64,000 nt of DNA from Vicinamibacteria bacterium (GCA_965199715.1 OZ241322.1:1280001-1344000), one strand, 5' to 3'. Shown: positions 7,830-17,662, numbered from the stretch's first letter. The notes: generated by a model not told the origin, from the letters alone. Translations and numbers: made by a program.

Positions 7830-10735
7830 TCGCCCACCGCTTGGTCCCCGAGCGTCATGAGATCGCGGAAGGCGTCGGCCGAAAGCGACGCGAGCCAGCT
7901 CTCGCCGCCGCCGATGACCGAGTCGGCGAGCGCCGACTTGCGCTCCAGCATGTCGGCGATCCGCTCTTCGAGGGTGCCGACGCAGATGAATTTGTGGACG
8001 AGCACGGTCTGGCGCTGCCCGATGCGGAAGGCGCGGTCGGTGGCCTGGTTCTCGACGCCCGGATTCCACCAGCGGTCGTAGTGGATCACGTGGTTGGCGC
8101 GGGTCAGGTTCAGCCCGTAGCCGCCGGTGCGCAGCGAGACGACGAGCACTTCCGGCGGGTCGGGGGCCTCCTGGAACTCGGTCACGATGGCGTCCCGGTC
8201 GGCGGCCGACACGCCGCCGTGCAGCACGGGCGTCCGGGCGCCCCGGACTTCGGCGAGGTGGGACGCGAGCAGCTTCGCCATCTCGGCGAACTGGGTGAAC
8301 ACGAGCGCCCGCTCGCCGCGCTCGCGCACCTCGTCGAGGATTTCCAGAAGGCGCGCCAGCTTCCCCGAGCGGCCGCCGAGCGAGCCTCCGCGCTGCAGGA
8401 AGTTCTCGGGGTGGTTGCAGATCTGCTTCAGCCGGGTGAGCGTCCGCAGCACCTCGCCCCGCCGGGCGAAGCCGGCGCGCTTCTCGAAGCGCGCGAGGCT
8501 CTGGGTCATCTCGGCCCGGTACAGCGCCCCCTGCTCGGCGGTCAGGGTGCAATACACCCGCGCCTGGTGCCGTTCGGGAAGGTCCCGGATCACCGTGGGA
8601 TCCGTCTTGACCCGGCGGAGGATGAACGGACGCACCAGCCGCCGCAGCGTGGACGTGGACTCCGGGTCCTGATCTCCCTCGACGGCGACCGCGAACGTCC
8701 GGCGGAAACTGCGCTCCGGCCCGAGGAGGCCGGGGTTCAGGAATTCCATGATCGACCAGAGGTCGGTGAGCCGGTTCTCGAGCGGGGTTCCGGTGAGCGC
8801 GATCCGCACGGGGGCCTCGAGCCGCCGCACGGCCCGGGTCTGCTTCGCGGCCGGGTTCTTCAGGTTGTGCGCCTCGTCCACGACGACCCCGCCCCAGCGC
8901 ACTCCCTGGAGCATCTCGAGGTCGCGGTGGGCGATGCCGAACGAACAGAGCACGAGGTCGGCCCCAGCGGCCGCCTCGAGGAACGCCTCGCCCCGCAGGC
9001 GCCCCGGACCCTGGTGCGCGTGGAGGCGGAGCGAGGGGGCGAAGCGCTGCGACTCCTTGCGCCAGTTGGCGATGAGCGAGGAGGGGCACACCAGCAGGTA
9101 GGGCTGGTCGAGCCGCCCGGCTTCCTGCTCGCCGAGAAGGAAGGTGAGCGCCTGGCAGGTCTTGCCGAGGCCCATGTCGTCGGCGAGGCAGCTTCCCAGC
9201 CCGAAGTCGGCGAGAAGCCGCAGCCAGCGGTACCCCACGCGCTGGTACGGGCGGAGCTTGGTCTTGAGACCGGTCGGCGACTCGAGAAGGTCGAGCTGGC
9301 TCGCGCTGGCCTCCAGCGCCTCGAAGAGACGCTCGAGCCCGCCCTCGCCCTCGACCTGCGACCGCACCGACTCGGCGCCGTCGAAGAGCCCGGGCGCCGC
9401 GTGGCTCATGGCGAGCCGGGCGCGAAGGACGTCGCGCAGCTCGGGCTCCGACCCGGTCTGCTGGCGCCGGCGGGAAGCCTCGCGCAGCAGCTCGCTGACC
9501 GAGTCCGACTCGAGGTCCATCCACTCGTCGCGGATCCGGATGAGCCGGCGCTTTCCGCGCATGAGCCGCTGGAACTCGGCCAGGGTGATCCGCTCGTCCC
9601 CGATGGCGACGTGCCAGTCGCACGACATCAGGGAGTCCAGCGAAAGGGCGCGAGCGCCGCCGGCCGAGCCCGACGCCGCACGGGCGGTCATGACGAGGCG
9701 AGGTCTTCGGGGCGGCCCGGTCAGTTGGGTCGGCACCCGCACGTGGAAGCCGGCCGCCTCCAGCGCTTCCCGGTCCCGATGCAGGAAGCTGTAGGCCTCC
9801 GCCGGATCGAGGTCGGCGGCCCCGGGCGCCAGGGCCCCGAGGCCGCGCTCGAGCGGCGGGCAGATCCGCGCCGCGCGCCCGAGCTCGCGCAGCAGGAACA
9901 CGACCGGATTCGCCACGCCGAACCGCCACAGGTTCTCCGACGGGTCGGCCGAGTCCCAGACCTCCGCGAGCGGCGCCTCCTCACCCGCGGCGAAGGCCGA
10001 AAAGCGCACCGACCAGCGGGCTTCGTCGCCGCTCGGTTCGCCCAGCTCCAGCAGCAATCCGAGCGGCGGAGCGGCCGACGGCGCGTCCCCGGCGAGCCGG
10101 AAGGCCGCCCGGGCGCGCTCCGCCGAGCGGGCGTCGCGGCTCCGCGGCGTCTCCGGACGGTCGGCGAAAAGCGAGCGCAACACGTCCTCCACGGCGGCGG
10201 GCTGGACGCTGCGGCGGAAACTCCCCACGAGCGACGACCAGCCGAGCCGGCGGCCGGCGTCGCGGACCACGGCGTCGGTGACCGAGCCGAACCACGCCGG
10301 GATGGCCGCCTCGGGGTCGCCGCCCGCGAGCGCCCCCGGGGGAGCGGCGAGGCACAGCGCCTCCAGTTCGCGCCGGCAGGACTCCACGTCGGCGAGCCAC
10401 ATCGGCGCGACGCCGTTTCCGTAGGACGGGAAAAACCGGCCGCGCGCCAGAAGCCGCAGCAGGAACCGGTTGGCGAGCGTCCAGAAGCGCAGCGAATCGG
10501 CGATGTCGCCGTTGCCGGCCACGGCGGCGAGCGCGCCCGCGGCGGGAAGCGGCGCAAGGGTCACGCCTTCGACCGGCTCCTCGCCGACGGCGACGATCCG
10601 CGTCGCGGCGTCGGGATCGTCGGGCCACTTGCCGCCGGTCCAGAAGCGGATGCGCGCGCCGACCTCCGACGCCGGGATCCCGGGCGCCCAGAAATGCATG
10701 GCGGCGGGCGGAACGAGAGTGGCGCGGAGCTGCAC
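7826..10735 (-). CDS. SNF2/Swi2-family ATP-dependent helicase
   Basis: LRPYQ, LADDMGLGKT, VDEAHNLKN, LTGTPLENRL, RLKQICNHP, GLNLTRANHVIHYDRWWNP and ATDRAFRIGQ motifs. Confidence 0.96.
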   Translation of the reverse strand: MQLRATLVPPAAMHFWAPGIPASEVGARIRFWTGGKWPDDPDAATRIVAVGEEPVEGVTLAPLPAAGALAAVAGNGDIADSLRFWTLANRFLLRLLARGRFFPSYGNGVAPMWLADVESCRRELEALCLAAPPGALAGGDPEAAIPAWFGSVTDAVVRDAGRRLGWSSLVGSFRRSVQPAAVEDVLRSLFADRPETPRSRDARSAERARAAFRLAGDAPSAAPPLGLLLELGEPSGDEARWSVRFSAFAAGEEAPLAEVWDSADPSENLWRFGVANPVVFLLRELGRAARICPPLERGLGALAPGAADLDPAEAYSFLHRDREALEAAGFHVRVPTQLTGPPRRPRLVMTARAASGSAGGARALSLDSLMSCDWHVAIGDERITLAEFQRLMRGKRRLIRIRDEWMDLESDSVSELLREASRRRQQTGSEPELRDVLRARLAMSHAAPGLFDGAESVRSQVEGEGGLERLFEALEASASQLDLLESPTGLKTKLRPYQRVGYRWLRLLADFGLGSCLADDMGLGKTCQALTFLLGEQEAGRLDQPYLLVCPSSLIANWRKESQRFAPSLRLHAHQGPGRLRGEAFLEAAAGADLVLCSFGIAHRDLEMLQGVRWGGVVVDEAHNLKNPAAKQTRAVRRLEAPVRIALTGTPLENRLTDLWSIMEFLNPGLLGPERSFRRTFAVAVEGDQDPESTSTLRRLVRPFILRRVKTDPTVIRDLPERHQARVYCTLTAEQGALYRAEMTQSLARFEKRAGFARRGEVLRTLTRLKQICNHPENFLQRGGSLGGRSGKLARLLEILDEVRERGERALVFTQFAEMAKLLASHLAEVRGARTPVLHGGVSAADRDAIVTEFQEAPDPPEVLVVSLRTGGYGLNLTRANHVIHYDRWWNPGVENQATDRAFRIGQRQTVLVHKFICVGTLEERIADMLERKSALADSVIGGGESWLASLSADAFRDLMTLGDQAVGE

Positions 10736-10798
10736 GGGAAGCCGGGGGACGAACCGGCCAGTTTACGGCAGCCCGGAGCCGACGCGACGCGCGGAATT

Positions 10799-11677
10799 TC
10801 AGGGCCGGAAGCGGAAGGTCCCCACGATCGGGCAGTGGTCCGAGAGCGTGTCCGCGAATTCGGGCGGCGCGCCGAAGAGCACCTCCACGACCGGACCGGC
10901 CTCGGCGCGGCCGCCGGGCGGCGCGAACGCCACGAGGTGGTCGATGTGCCACGGGAAGCGGCTGTCCCAGCACGAGGGCTTGCTGCCCGGAGGAGGGACG
11001 ATCACGGGGTCGAAGGGCAGCCCCGCCGCGACCTCGTCCTCCGGACGCGAGATGCGCCGATTCCAGTCCCCGGCGACGACCAGGGGGACTCCCTCGGCCA
11101 TGCGCTCGTGGAGCCATCCCGTCAGGATCGCGATCTGCATCCGCAGGAAGCCGCAGCGGTTGCCGCCGCTCGAGAGCGGACGGTCGTTGCAGCCCGACTG
11201 GAAGTGGACCCCGAGGACGCGCACCCGCTCCTCGCCCCGGGTCAGGGTCAGGTCCACGCCGTGGCGGTCGCGCCCCTGGGGCGACCACTCCACCACGTCC
11301 GGGTGGCGCTCGGCGGACCAGCCGCTGTCGCGCCGGACGACGATCGCGGTGCTCTGGGCCCACGCCGGGACGGTGTCGCGGGTCGAGAAGTGGAGATCCC
11401 AGTCCTCCGCCGGGAAGAGCAGCCGGGCGGCGGCCTCGTTCTCGATCTCCTGCAGGCTCACGACCTCCACTTCGAGCGCGGCGAGCTGCGCGACCACGGC
11501 GCGCAGGCGGCCGAACTCCTCCTCGCCGCGCAAATGCCGCCCATCGTCGTTGCCGGTGAGGGCCCGGTCGCCGACGCCGTCGCCGAACCAGGCGATGTTC
11601 CACGTCGCCGCGACGAGGCTGGTCCCGGCCGCCGCGGGCGCCGCGAATGCGATGGCGGCGATGAGGATTCGGGGCAT
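10799..11677 (-). CDS. Secreted endonuclease/exonuclease/phosphatase (EEP) family protein
   Basis: Signal peptide plus ATWNI, SLQEI, AGDWN, IDH and SDHCP motifs. Start placed at the ATG at 11677, 7 nt after a TAGCAT -10; the alternative start is 11683. Confidence 0.9.
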   Translation of the reverse strand: MPRILIAAIAFAAPAAAGTSLVAATWNIAWFGDGVGDRALTGNDDGRHLRGEEEFGRLRAVVAQLAALEVEVVSLQEIENEAAARLLFPAEDWDLHFSTRDTVPAWAQSTAIVVRRDSGWSAERHPDVVEWSPQGRDRHGVDLTLTRGEERVRVLGVHFQSGCNDRPLSSGGNRCGFLRMQIAILTGWLHERMAEGVPLVVAGDWNRRISRPEDEVAAGLPFDPVIVPPPGSKPSCWDSRFPWHIDHLVAFAPPGGRAEAGPVVEVLFGAPPEFADTLSDHCPIVGTFRFRP

Positions 11678-11772
11678 CTTCATGATGCTAGCCGGGCGGG
11701 GCGACAGATTCAGACGCGCCCGGGGGGGGCCGGGCGGGAGGCGCCCCGCAGACTGGTAGCATCCCGAAACTC

Positions 11773-12522
11773 GTGTCGGGACACAGCAAGTGGCATTCGA
11801 TCCGCCACAAGAAGGCCATCGTGGACGCGAAACGCGGCAAGGCCTTCACCCGGCTGCTCAAGGAAGTCACCATGGCGGCGCGGCTCCACGGGCGGGACCT
11901 CCAGTTCAACCCGCGGCTGCGGCTCGCGGTCGACAAGGCCAAGGCGGGCAACGTCCCCCGCGACAGCATCGAGCGGGCGATCAAGAAGGGAACCGGCGAG
12001 CTGGAGGGCTTCCAGCTCGAGGACGCGAACTACGAGGGCTACGGGCCGGCGGGCGTCGCGGTCTTCGTGGAGGCCGCCACCGACAACCGGAACCGGACCG
12101 TGAGCGACGTGCGCCACCTGTTCTCCAAGTACGGGGGGAACCTCGGCGAGTCGGGGTCGGTGGGGTGGATGTTCGTGAAGGCCGGGCAGTTTCTCGTGGC
12201 CAAGGAGGACGTGGACGAGGACGAGCTGATCGAGCTGGCGCTCGCCCACGGCGCCGACGACGTGCTGGACGACGACGCGCACTGGGACGTGCGCACGCCG
12301 CCCGAGGCGTTCGAGGCGGTGCGCTCGGCGCTGGGCGAGCAGGGCGTCGCGTGCGCCCACGCGGGGGTCGAGCTCATTCCGAACCAGCACGTGCGCGTCG
12401 CGGGCGCCGACGCCCGGCGCGTCCTGCGGCTGATGGAGGCGCTGGAGGATCAGGAGGACGTGACCCAGGTCTGGGCCAACTTCGAGCTGGACGACGAGGA
12501 GCTCGAGGCCGCCGCCCGGTGA
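11773..12522 (+). CDS. yebC: YebC/PmpR family protein
   Basis: SGHSKWHSIRHKK, YEGYGPAG and TDNRNRT motifs, in the canonical position upstream of ruvC. Confidence 0.97.
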   Translation: MSGHSKWHSIRHKKAIVDAKRGKAFTRLLKEVTMAARLHGRDLQFNPRLRLAVDKAKAGNVPRDSIERAIKKGTGELEGFQLEDANYEGYGPAGVAVFVEAATDNRNRTVSDVRHLFSKYGGNLGESGSVGWMFVKAGQFLVAKEDVDEDELIELALAHGADDVLDDDAHWDVRTPPEAFEAVRSALGEQGVACAHAGVELIPNQHVRVAGADARRVLRLMEALEDQEDVTQVWANFELDDEELEAAAR

Positions 12523-13043
12523 CCGGCGGTCACCTGGTGCTCGGGCTGGACCCGGGTTCGCGCGTGACCGGCTGGGGGGCGGTTTCCGACCATGACGGGA
12601 GGCTCGAAGTCCGGGGGCACGGGGCGGTGCGGCTTCCGGCGAACGCGCCGCTGCCGCTGCGGATGAGCCGGCTCCACGGCGAGGTCCGGGCGCTGGCCGA
12701 GCGGCTCGAGCCCGACGAGGTCGCGGTGGAGGCGGTGTTCGCGGCGAGGAACGCGCGCACCGCGCTGGTCCTCGGGCACGCGCGGGGCGCGCTTCTGGCC
12801 GCCGTCGGCGAGCGCCCCTGCCACGAGTACCCGGCCCGCTCGGTGAAGCAGGCGCTGACCGGCTTCGGCGGCGCCGAAAAGGATCCGGTCGGGGCGATGG
12901 TGGCCCGGCGGCTCGGCCTCGCCGAAATCCCCGAACCGCGGGACGCCACCGACGCCCTCGCGGTCGCGATCTGCCACCTCGACGCCCGCCGGGCGCGGGT
13001 GCGGCTGGACCGCGCCCGCACGCTCGCAGTCTCCGCGCCGTGA
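12519..13043 (+). CDS. ruvC: Holliday junction resolvase RuvC
   Basis: LGLDPG, VAVEAVF, LGHARG, VKQALTGFGGAEK and DATDALAVAICH motifs; GTGA overlap with yebC. Confidence 0.95.
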   Translation: MTGGHLVLGLDPGSRVTGWGAVSDHDGRLEVRGHGAVRLPANAPLPLRMSRLHGEVRALAERLEPDEVAVEAVFAARNARTALVLGHARGALLAAVGERPCHEYPARSVKQALTGFGGAEKDPVGAMVARRLGLAEIPEPRDATDALAVAICHLDARRARVRLDRARTLAVSAP

Positions 13044-13633
13044 TCGAGAGCCTTTCGGGGACCGTGCGCCGCGTCGCCGAGGGCGGGCTGTCGCTCGAGG
13101 TCGGCGGCGTGGGGTTCGCCCTGCGGGCGTCCGCGGCGACCGTCGCCGGGCTCCCGCCGGTGGGCAGCCCGGCGACGCTCGCCACCCGGCTGCTGACGCC
13201 CCGGGAGGACGCCCCGGCGCTGTACGGCTTCGCCACCGAGGAGGAGGCCGGGCTGTTCGACCAGATCCGCTCGATCAGCGGCGTGGGTCCCGCGGTCGCG
13301 CTCCAGCTTCTCGCCATCGGGGCCTCCACCCTGCGCGAGGGGGTCCGGTCGCGGGACGTGAAGCTGCTGTGCGCGGCGCGGGGCGTCGGGCCGAAGCTGG
13401 CCCGCCGGCTCATCGCCGAGCTGGCCGACGCGCTGCCGGAACCGGACGAGGCGCCCGCGGGCAAGGCGGCCGATCCCGAGCGCGAACGGCTCGTGTCGGC
13501 GTTCCTGAACCTCCAGTTCGCCGACCGGCGCCGGGTGGAGGCGGTGGCCGACGAGATCGTCGCCGCGATGCCGGACGCGGACCTCGCCTCCAGGCTCCGG
13601 GTCGGTCTCTCCAAGCTGACCGGACGCGGCTGA
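13040..13633 (+). CDS. ruvA: Holliday junction DNA-binding protein RuvA
   Basis: LEVGGVGF, REDAPALYGF and the HhH motifs SGVGP and RGVGPKLARR. Confidence 0.94.
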   Translation: MIESLSGTVRRVAEGGLSLEVGGVGFALRASAATVAGLPPVGSPATLATRLLTPREDAPALYGFATEEEAGLFDQIRSISGVGPAVALQLLAIGASTLREGVRSRDVKLLCAARGVGPKLARRLIAELADALPEPDEAPAGKAADPERERLVSAFLNLQFADRRRVEAVADEIVAAMPDADLASRLRVGLSKLTGRG

Positions 13634-15687
13634 TGGTCTCCGCCAACACCGTCCTCGACCGGATTCGCGGCCGTCTGGACCGGACGGAGGCGGTGATGCG
13701 GCGGGTGACGTGGATCTCGCGGCTTCGCATCGCGGTCGCCGCCGCGGGCGCGCTCGTGGTCGCCGCCGCGTTCGATGGGAACCTCGCGGCGGAGTGGATC
13801 GCGGCTCCCGTCCTCGTCTTCGTCGTTCTCGCGATCCTCCACGAGCGGTACATCCAGCAGGCGCTCCGCAACCAGCGGGTGGTGCGGTTCCACCGGCGCA
13901 CGCTCGAGCGCATGGAGGCGGACGTCTCGGGCGACCAGGAGCGGCCCCGCTCTCCGGGGGCGGCGCTGCGCCGGAAGGGGGTCCCGGGACGGGAGGACCT
14001 CGAAGAGGCGGAGCTGCTGGCGGCGCGGCGGGACCGGGTCGGCGAGATTGGCGGCGGCCGGATCGCGGGCGCGCGGCTGGACGAGCACCTCGGGCTCTTC
14101 GGAAGCGCGGAGCTCTTCGACCGGGTGGGCGACCATCGCACCGACGCCGGGGGCGAGACGCTCGCGTCGTGGATGCTGCGTCCCGCCGACCCTCGCGAGT
14201 GCCGGCTGCGGCAGGAGGCGATCCAGGAACTCTCCCCCCGGATGGACCTCCGCGAGGCGGTCGCCGCGACCGGGAGCCAGTCCCGGTGGCCGGCCCGGAG
14301 CGGAGCGCTGTCGCTGTGGACCCGCCATTCCGCGGGCGCTCCCGACTGCGGCGAGGCACGGGCGTGGCGGGAGGCGGAGGAGACCGGAACGGTCGGTCCG
14401 GTCGCCGAGGCCGAAGGGGAGCCGGCGGACCCGCCCCGGACGATCCCGCAGATCCCGTCGCCGGGCCATGCCCGGACGATCGGCGCGCTGATCGGCGCGC
14501 TCGGCCTCGGCAACGCGCTCGGGGTCACGGCGTGGGTCGCCGGAATCGCCGGCCCCTCGCCGCTCGCGCTCAGCCTCATGCTCTCGGTGCTGGCCGGGCT
14601 TCTGACGCGGCGGCTGGTGCGGGACACCGACGTGACGCTCGGCAGCCTCGTCATGGAGGGAGACGGCCTGCGGCGGATGGCCGCGATCCTCCGCGAGGGC
14701 GAGTTCGAGTCCGAGCTGCTCGCCCGGCTGCGGGAGGACATCCGCGACGCCGCCGGACCGCTGCGCCGGCTGGAGCGCATCCGGTCGCTGTTCGCGGTGC
14801 GGCGGAACCTGATGTTCGCGCCGGTCGCGGCCCCGCTGTTCTGGGGGACGTGCTTCGCGCTCGCGCTCGCGGGCTGGCGCCGCCGCTTCGAGCCCGAGCT
14901 GGCGCGCTGGAGCGCCGCGTCGGGCGCGTTCGACGCGCTGCTGGGACTGGCCCAGTACGCCGACGAGCGGCCCGGGGACGAATACGCCGAATACGACGAG
15001 GAGCCGGGGCTGGCCGCGGTGAACCTCGGCCACCCGCTGGTCCCGCGCGAGCGGCTCGCCCGCAACTCGATCACGCTGGGGCGCGGGGACGCGGACTTCC
15101 TGATCGTGACCGGCTCCAACATGTCGGGCAAGAGCACCCTGCTGCGCGCCATCGGCGCCAACTTCGTGCTCGCCCGGCTCGGGGCGCCGGTGACCGCGTC
15201 GCGCTTCCGGATCGGCCGCCTCGCACTCGGGCCGTCGATCTCCAGTCGGGACTCGTTGCGCGACGGCGTGTCCCGATTCCTCGCCGAGCTGTTCGCGCTG
15301 CGGGCGGTGCTGGACGCGGGGGCCGCCGACGCGCCGCTGCTGTGCCTGCTGGACGAGGTGCTCGAGGGCACGAATTCCTCGGACCGGCGGGTCGCCGTGC
15401 GGGCGCTGCTCGAGGAGCTGGGCCGGCGCGGCGCCGTCGGCGTCCTGACCACGCACGACGTCTCGCTGACCGAACTCGCCCGGGAGCTGCCGGGGCGCAT
15501 CCGGAACATGCACTTCACCGAGGAGATCCGCGACGGCTCCATGCGGTTCGACTTCCGGCTGCGCGACGGGGTGCTCCCGAGGGGGAACGCGCTCGAACTC
15601 ATGAAGATGCTGAATCTCCCGGCGCCGGGGAACGAGGGCGCCGACTACACCGCGCTTCCCGATTCGGTGTCCGGCAAGGAGAACTGA
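13633..15687 (+). CDS. Membrane-anchored MutS-family (domain V) ATPase
   Basis: Hydrophobic N-terminal and central segments. GHPL, Walker A TGSNMSGKSTLLR, DSLRDGVSRFLAEL, Walker B LLDEVLEGTNS and TTHD motifs. No mismatch-binding domain I is recognisable. Confidence 0.88.
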   Translation: MVSANTVLDRIRGRLDRTEAVMRRVTWISRLRIAVAAAGALVVAAAFDGNLAAEWIAAPVLVFVVLAILHERYIQQALRNQRVVRFHRRTLERMEADVSGDQERPRSPGAALRRKGVPGREDLEEAELLAARRDRVGEIGGGRIAGARLDEHLGLFGSAELFDRVGDHRTDAGGETLASWMLRPADPRECRLRQEAIQELSPRMDLREAVAATGSQSRWPARSGALSLWTRHSAGAPDCGEARAWREAEETGTVGPVAEAEGEPADPPRTIPQIPSPGHARTIGALIGALGLGNALGVTAWVAGIAGPSPLALSLMLSVLAGLLTRRLVRDTDVTLGSLVMEGDGLRRMAAILREGEFESELLARLREDIRDAAGPLRRLERIRSLFAVRRNLMFAPVAAPLFWGTCFALALAGWRRRFEPELARWSAASGAFDALLGLAQYADERPGDEYAEYDEEPGLAAVNLGHPLVPRERLARNSITLGRGDADFLIVTGSNMSGKSTLLRAIGANFVLARLGAPVTASRFRIGRLALGPSISSRDSLRDGVSRFLAELFALRAVLDAGAADAPLLCLLDEVLEGTNSSDRRVAVRALLEELGRRGAVGVLTTHDVSLTELARELPGRIRNMHFTEEIRDGSMRFDFRLRDGVLPRGNALELMKMLNLPAPGNEGADYTALPDSVSGKEN

Positions 15688-16661
15688 TGGGCCCCCGGCC
15701 GGACGAGGAGTTTCACCGAACCCTTCGTCCGGTCTCGTTCGCCGACTACGTCGGGCAGCGCGCCGTCCTCGACCAGTTGGAGATCAGCGTCCGCGCGGCG
15801 ACCGGACGCGACGAGCCGATGGACCACGTGCTGCTCCACGGGCCGCCCGGACTCGGGAAGACCTCGCTCGGAGCGGTGCTCGCCCACGAGCTGGGGGCCC
15901 GGATGCACTCGTCCTCGGGGCCGCTCATTCCCCGGACCGGGGACATGGTCGCGCTGCTGAACGTCCAGCAGCCGGGCGACATCCTCTTCGTGGACGAGAT
16001 CCACCGGCTGGGGCCGGCGGTCGCCGAGGTGCTCTATCCGGCGATGGAGGACCGGTTCGTGGACGTCATGGTCGGCGAGAAGCTCGCGGCCCAGTCGCTG
16101 CGGCTGAACCTCGCGCCGTTCACGCTGGTCGGGGCGACCACCCGGCCGGACCTGCTTCCGGGGCCGCTGCGCGACCGGTTTCCGCTGGTCCACCAGCTTG
16201 AGTTCTACGCGAACGAGGAGATCGAGCGGGTGCTGCGGCGGTCCGCCGGCGTGCTGGGCGCCGATCTCCGGGAGGGCGCGGTCCGCGAGATCGCCGCCCG
16301 CTCCCGGGGCACGCCGAGGGTCGCGAACAACCTGCTCCGCCAGGTGCGCGACTTCGCCGAGGTGCGCGGCGAGGGGGTCATCGACCGCAACGCGGCGCAA
16401 GGCGCGCTGGAGCTCGCCCGGATCGACGACCGGGGCCTCGATCGGTTCGATCGGAAGATCCTCGAGAGCCTTTGCGACAACTTCGCCGGCGGGCCGGTCG
16501 GCGTCGCGAGCCTCGCCGCCACGCTTGGAATGGACCCGAGGACGCTCGAGGAGGTGCGCGAGCCGTTCCTGATCTATCGCGGATTCATGCAGCGCACCGC
16601 GAGAGGGCGGGTGGCGACGGAACGGGGGCGCCGGCACGTGGGGAGAACCGCGCCCATCTGA
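15687..16661 (+). CDS. ruvB: Holliday junction branch-migration ATPase RuvB
   Basis: LRPVSFADYVGQ, GPPGLGKT, FVDEIHRL, LYPAMED, GATTR, LRDRF, RSRGTPR and GGPVG motifs. Confidence 0.96.
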   Translation: MGPRPDEEFHRTLRPVSFADYVGQRAVLDQLEISVRAATGRDEPMDHVLLHGPPGLGKTSLGAVLAHELGARMHSSSGPLIPRTGDMVALLNVQQPGDILFVDEIHRLGPAVAEVLYPAMEDRFVDVMVGEKLAAQSLRLNLAPFTLVGATTRPDLLPGPLRDRFPLVHQLEFYANEEIERVLRRSAGVLGADLREGAVREIAARSRGTPRVANNLLRQVRDFAEVRGEGVIDRNAAQGALELARIDDRGLDRFDRKILESLCDNFAGGPVGVASLAATLGMDPRTLEEVREPFLIYRGFMQRTARGRVATERGRRHVGRTAPI

Positions 16662-16663
16662 AC

Positions 16664-17662
16664 GTGCGGACCTCGGACTTTCGCTTCGAGCTGCCCGACG
16701 AGCTGATCGCGCAGCGTCCGGCCCAAAGGCGCGACGGCTCGCGCCTCCTCCACCTGCGCTCCGACGGGAGCGTCGAGCACCGCCGTTTCGCCGACCTGCC
16801 GGCGCTGCTGCGCCCCGGAGACCTGCTGGTCCGCAACGACACGCGGGTCTTTCCCGCCCGGATGCGGCTGCGCAAACCTACCGGGGGCCGGGTGGAGCTG
16901 CTCGCGCTCCCGGGCGGACGGACGTTCGAGGCGCTGGTCCGCCCGGCGGCGCGCCCCGGACTCCGGCTCGAGGCGCCGGGGGTCCGGCTGGAGGTGGAGG
17001 CGCGGGACGGCCCGCGCCATCGAATCCGCATCCTCGAGGGAGCCGAGGACGTCTTCGGGCTCGCCGAGCGCATGGGCGAAACCCCGCTGCCGCCCTACAT
17101 CCGCCGCCCCGCTGGCGAGGCGGACGGGGATCGGGAGCGCTACCAGACGGTGTACGCCCGGCAAGAGGGATCGGTGGCGGCCCCGACCGCGGGACTCCAC
17201 TTCTCGAAACCGCTGTTCGGGCGGCTCCGGGAGCGGGGCGTCGGAGTCGCCGACCTGACGCTGCACGTCGGCTACGGAACCTTCGCGCCGGTCCGCACCG
17301 AAGATCCTCGTGAGCACAAGCTGGACCCCGAGCTCTACGAGGTTCCCCCACCGACCCGCCAGGCGCTCGCCGGAGCCGGGCGGGTCGTCGCGGTCGGAAC
17401 CACCTCGGCGCGCGTCTTGGAGACGCTCGGAGCCGGCGGCCCCGACTCCGGGATGGCGGACCTGCTCATCCTGCCCGGGCACGAGTTTCGGGTCGTGGAC
17501 GCGCTGGTCACGAACTTCCACCTTCCCGAGAGTTCGCTTCTGATGCTGGTTTCGGCATTCGCGGGCCGGGAGGCGGTACTTCGCGCCTACCGGGAGGCGG
17601 TCCGCGCGCGCTATCGATTCCACTCCTACGGGGACGCGATGCTCGTCGAGCAGACGCGTTGA
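16664..17662 (+). CDS. queA: S-adenosylmethionine:tRNA ribosyltransferase-isomerase
   Basis: DFRFELPDELIAQRP, NDTRVFPAR, PLPPYI, RYQTVYA, AAPTAGLHF, TNFHLPES and SYGDAM motifs. Confidence 0.97.
   Translation: MRTSDFRFELPDELIAQRPAQRRDGSRLLHLRSDGSVEHRRFADLPALLRPGDLLVRNDTRVFPARMRLRKPTGGRVELLALPGGRTFEALVRPAARPGLRLEAPGVRLEVEARDGPRHRIRILEGAEDVFGLAERMGETPLPPYIRRPAGEADGDRERYQTVYARQEGSVAAPTAGLHFSKPLFGRLRERGVGVADLTLHVGYGTFAPVRTEDPREHKLDPELYEVPPPTRQALAGAGRVVAVGTTSARVLETLGAGGPDSGMADLLILPGHEFRVVDALVTNFHLPESSLLMLVSAFAGREAVLRAYREAVRARYRFHSYGDAMLVEQTR

Noticed and set aside
7176-11677. EEP nuclease + SNF2 + partner as a three-gene anti-phage system
   Set aside because: The EEP protein has a signal peptide, and SNF2 appears to have its own upstream TAAACT -10 candidate. 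Nothing else supports a defence-island context.
13633-15687. Calling the ATPase mutS (MutS1) or mutS2
   Set aside because: It lacks the N-terminal mismatch-recognition domain and the C-terminal Smr domain, and has TM segments instead.
13710-16661. Apparent N-terminal extensions or fusions in the ORF track (983-aa RuvB, 1050-aa DmpA, 1098-aa CLC, 946-aa AtuA, 917-aa SWIM-like)
   Set aside because: The extensions are off-frame read-through over upstream genes. The real starts sit at stop/start overlaps or just after -10 boxes.
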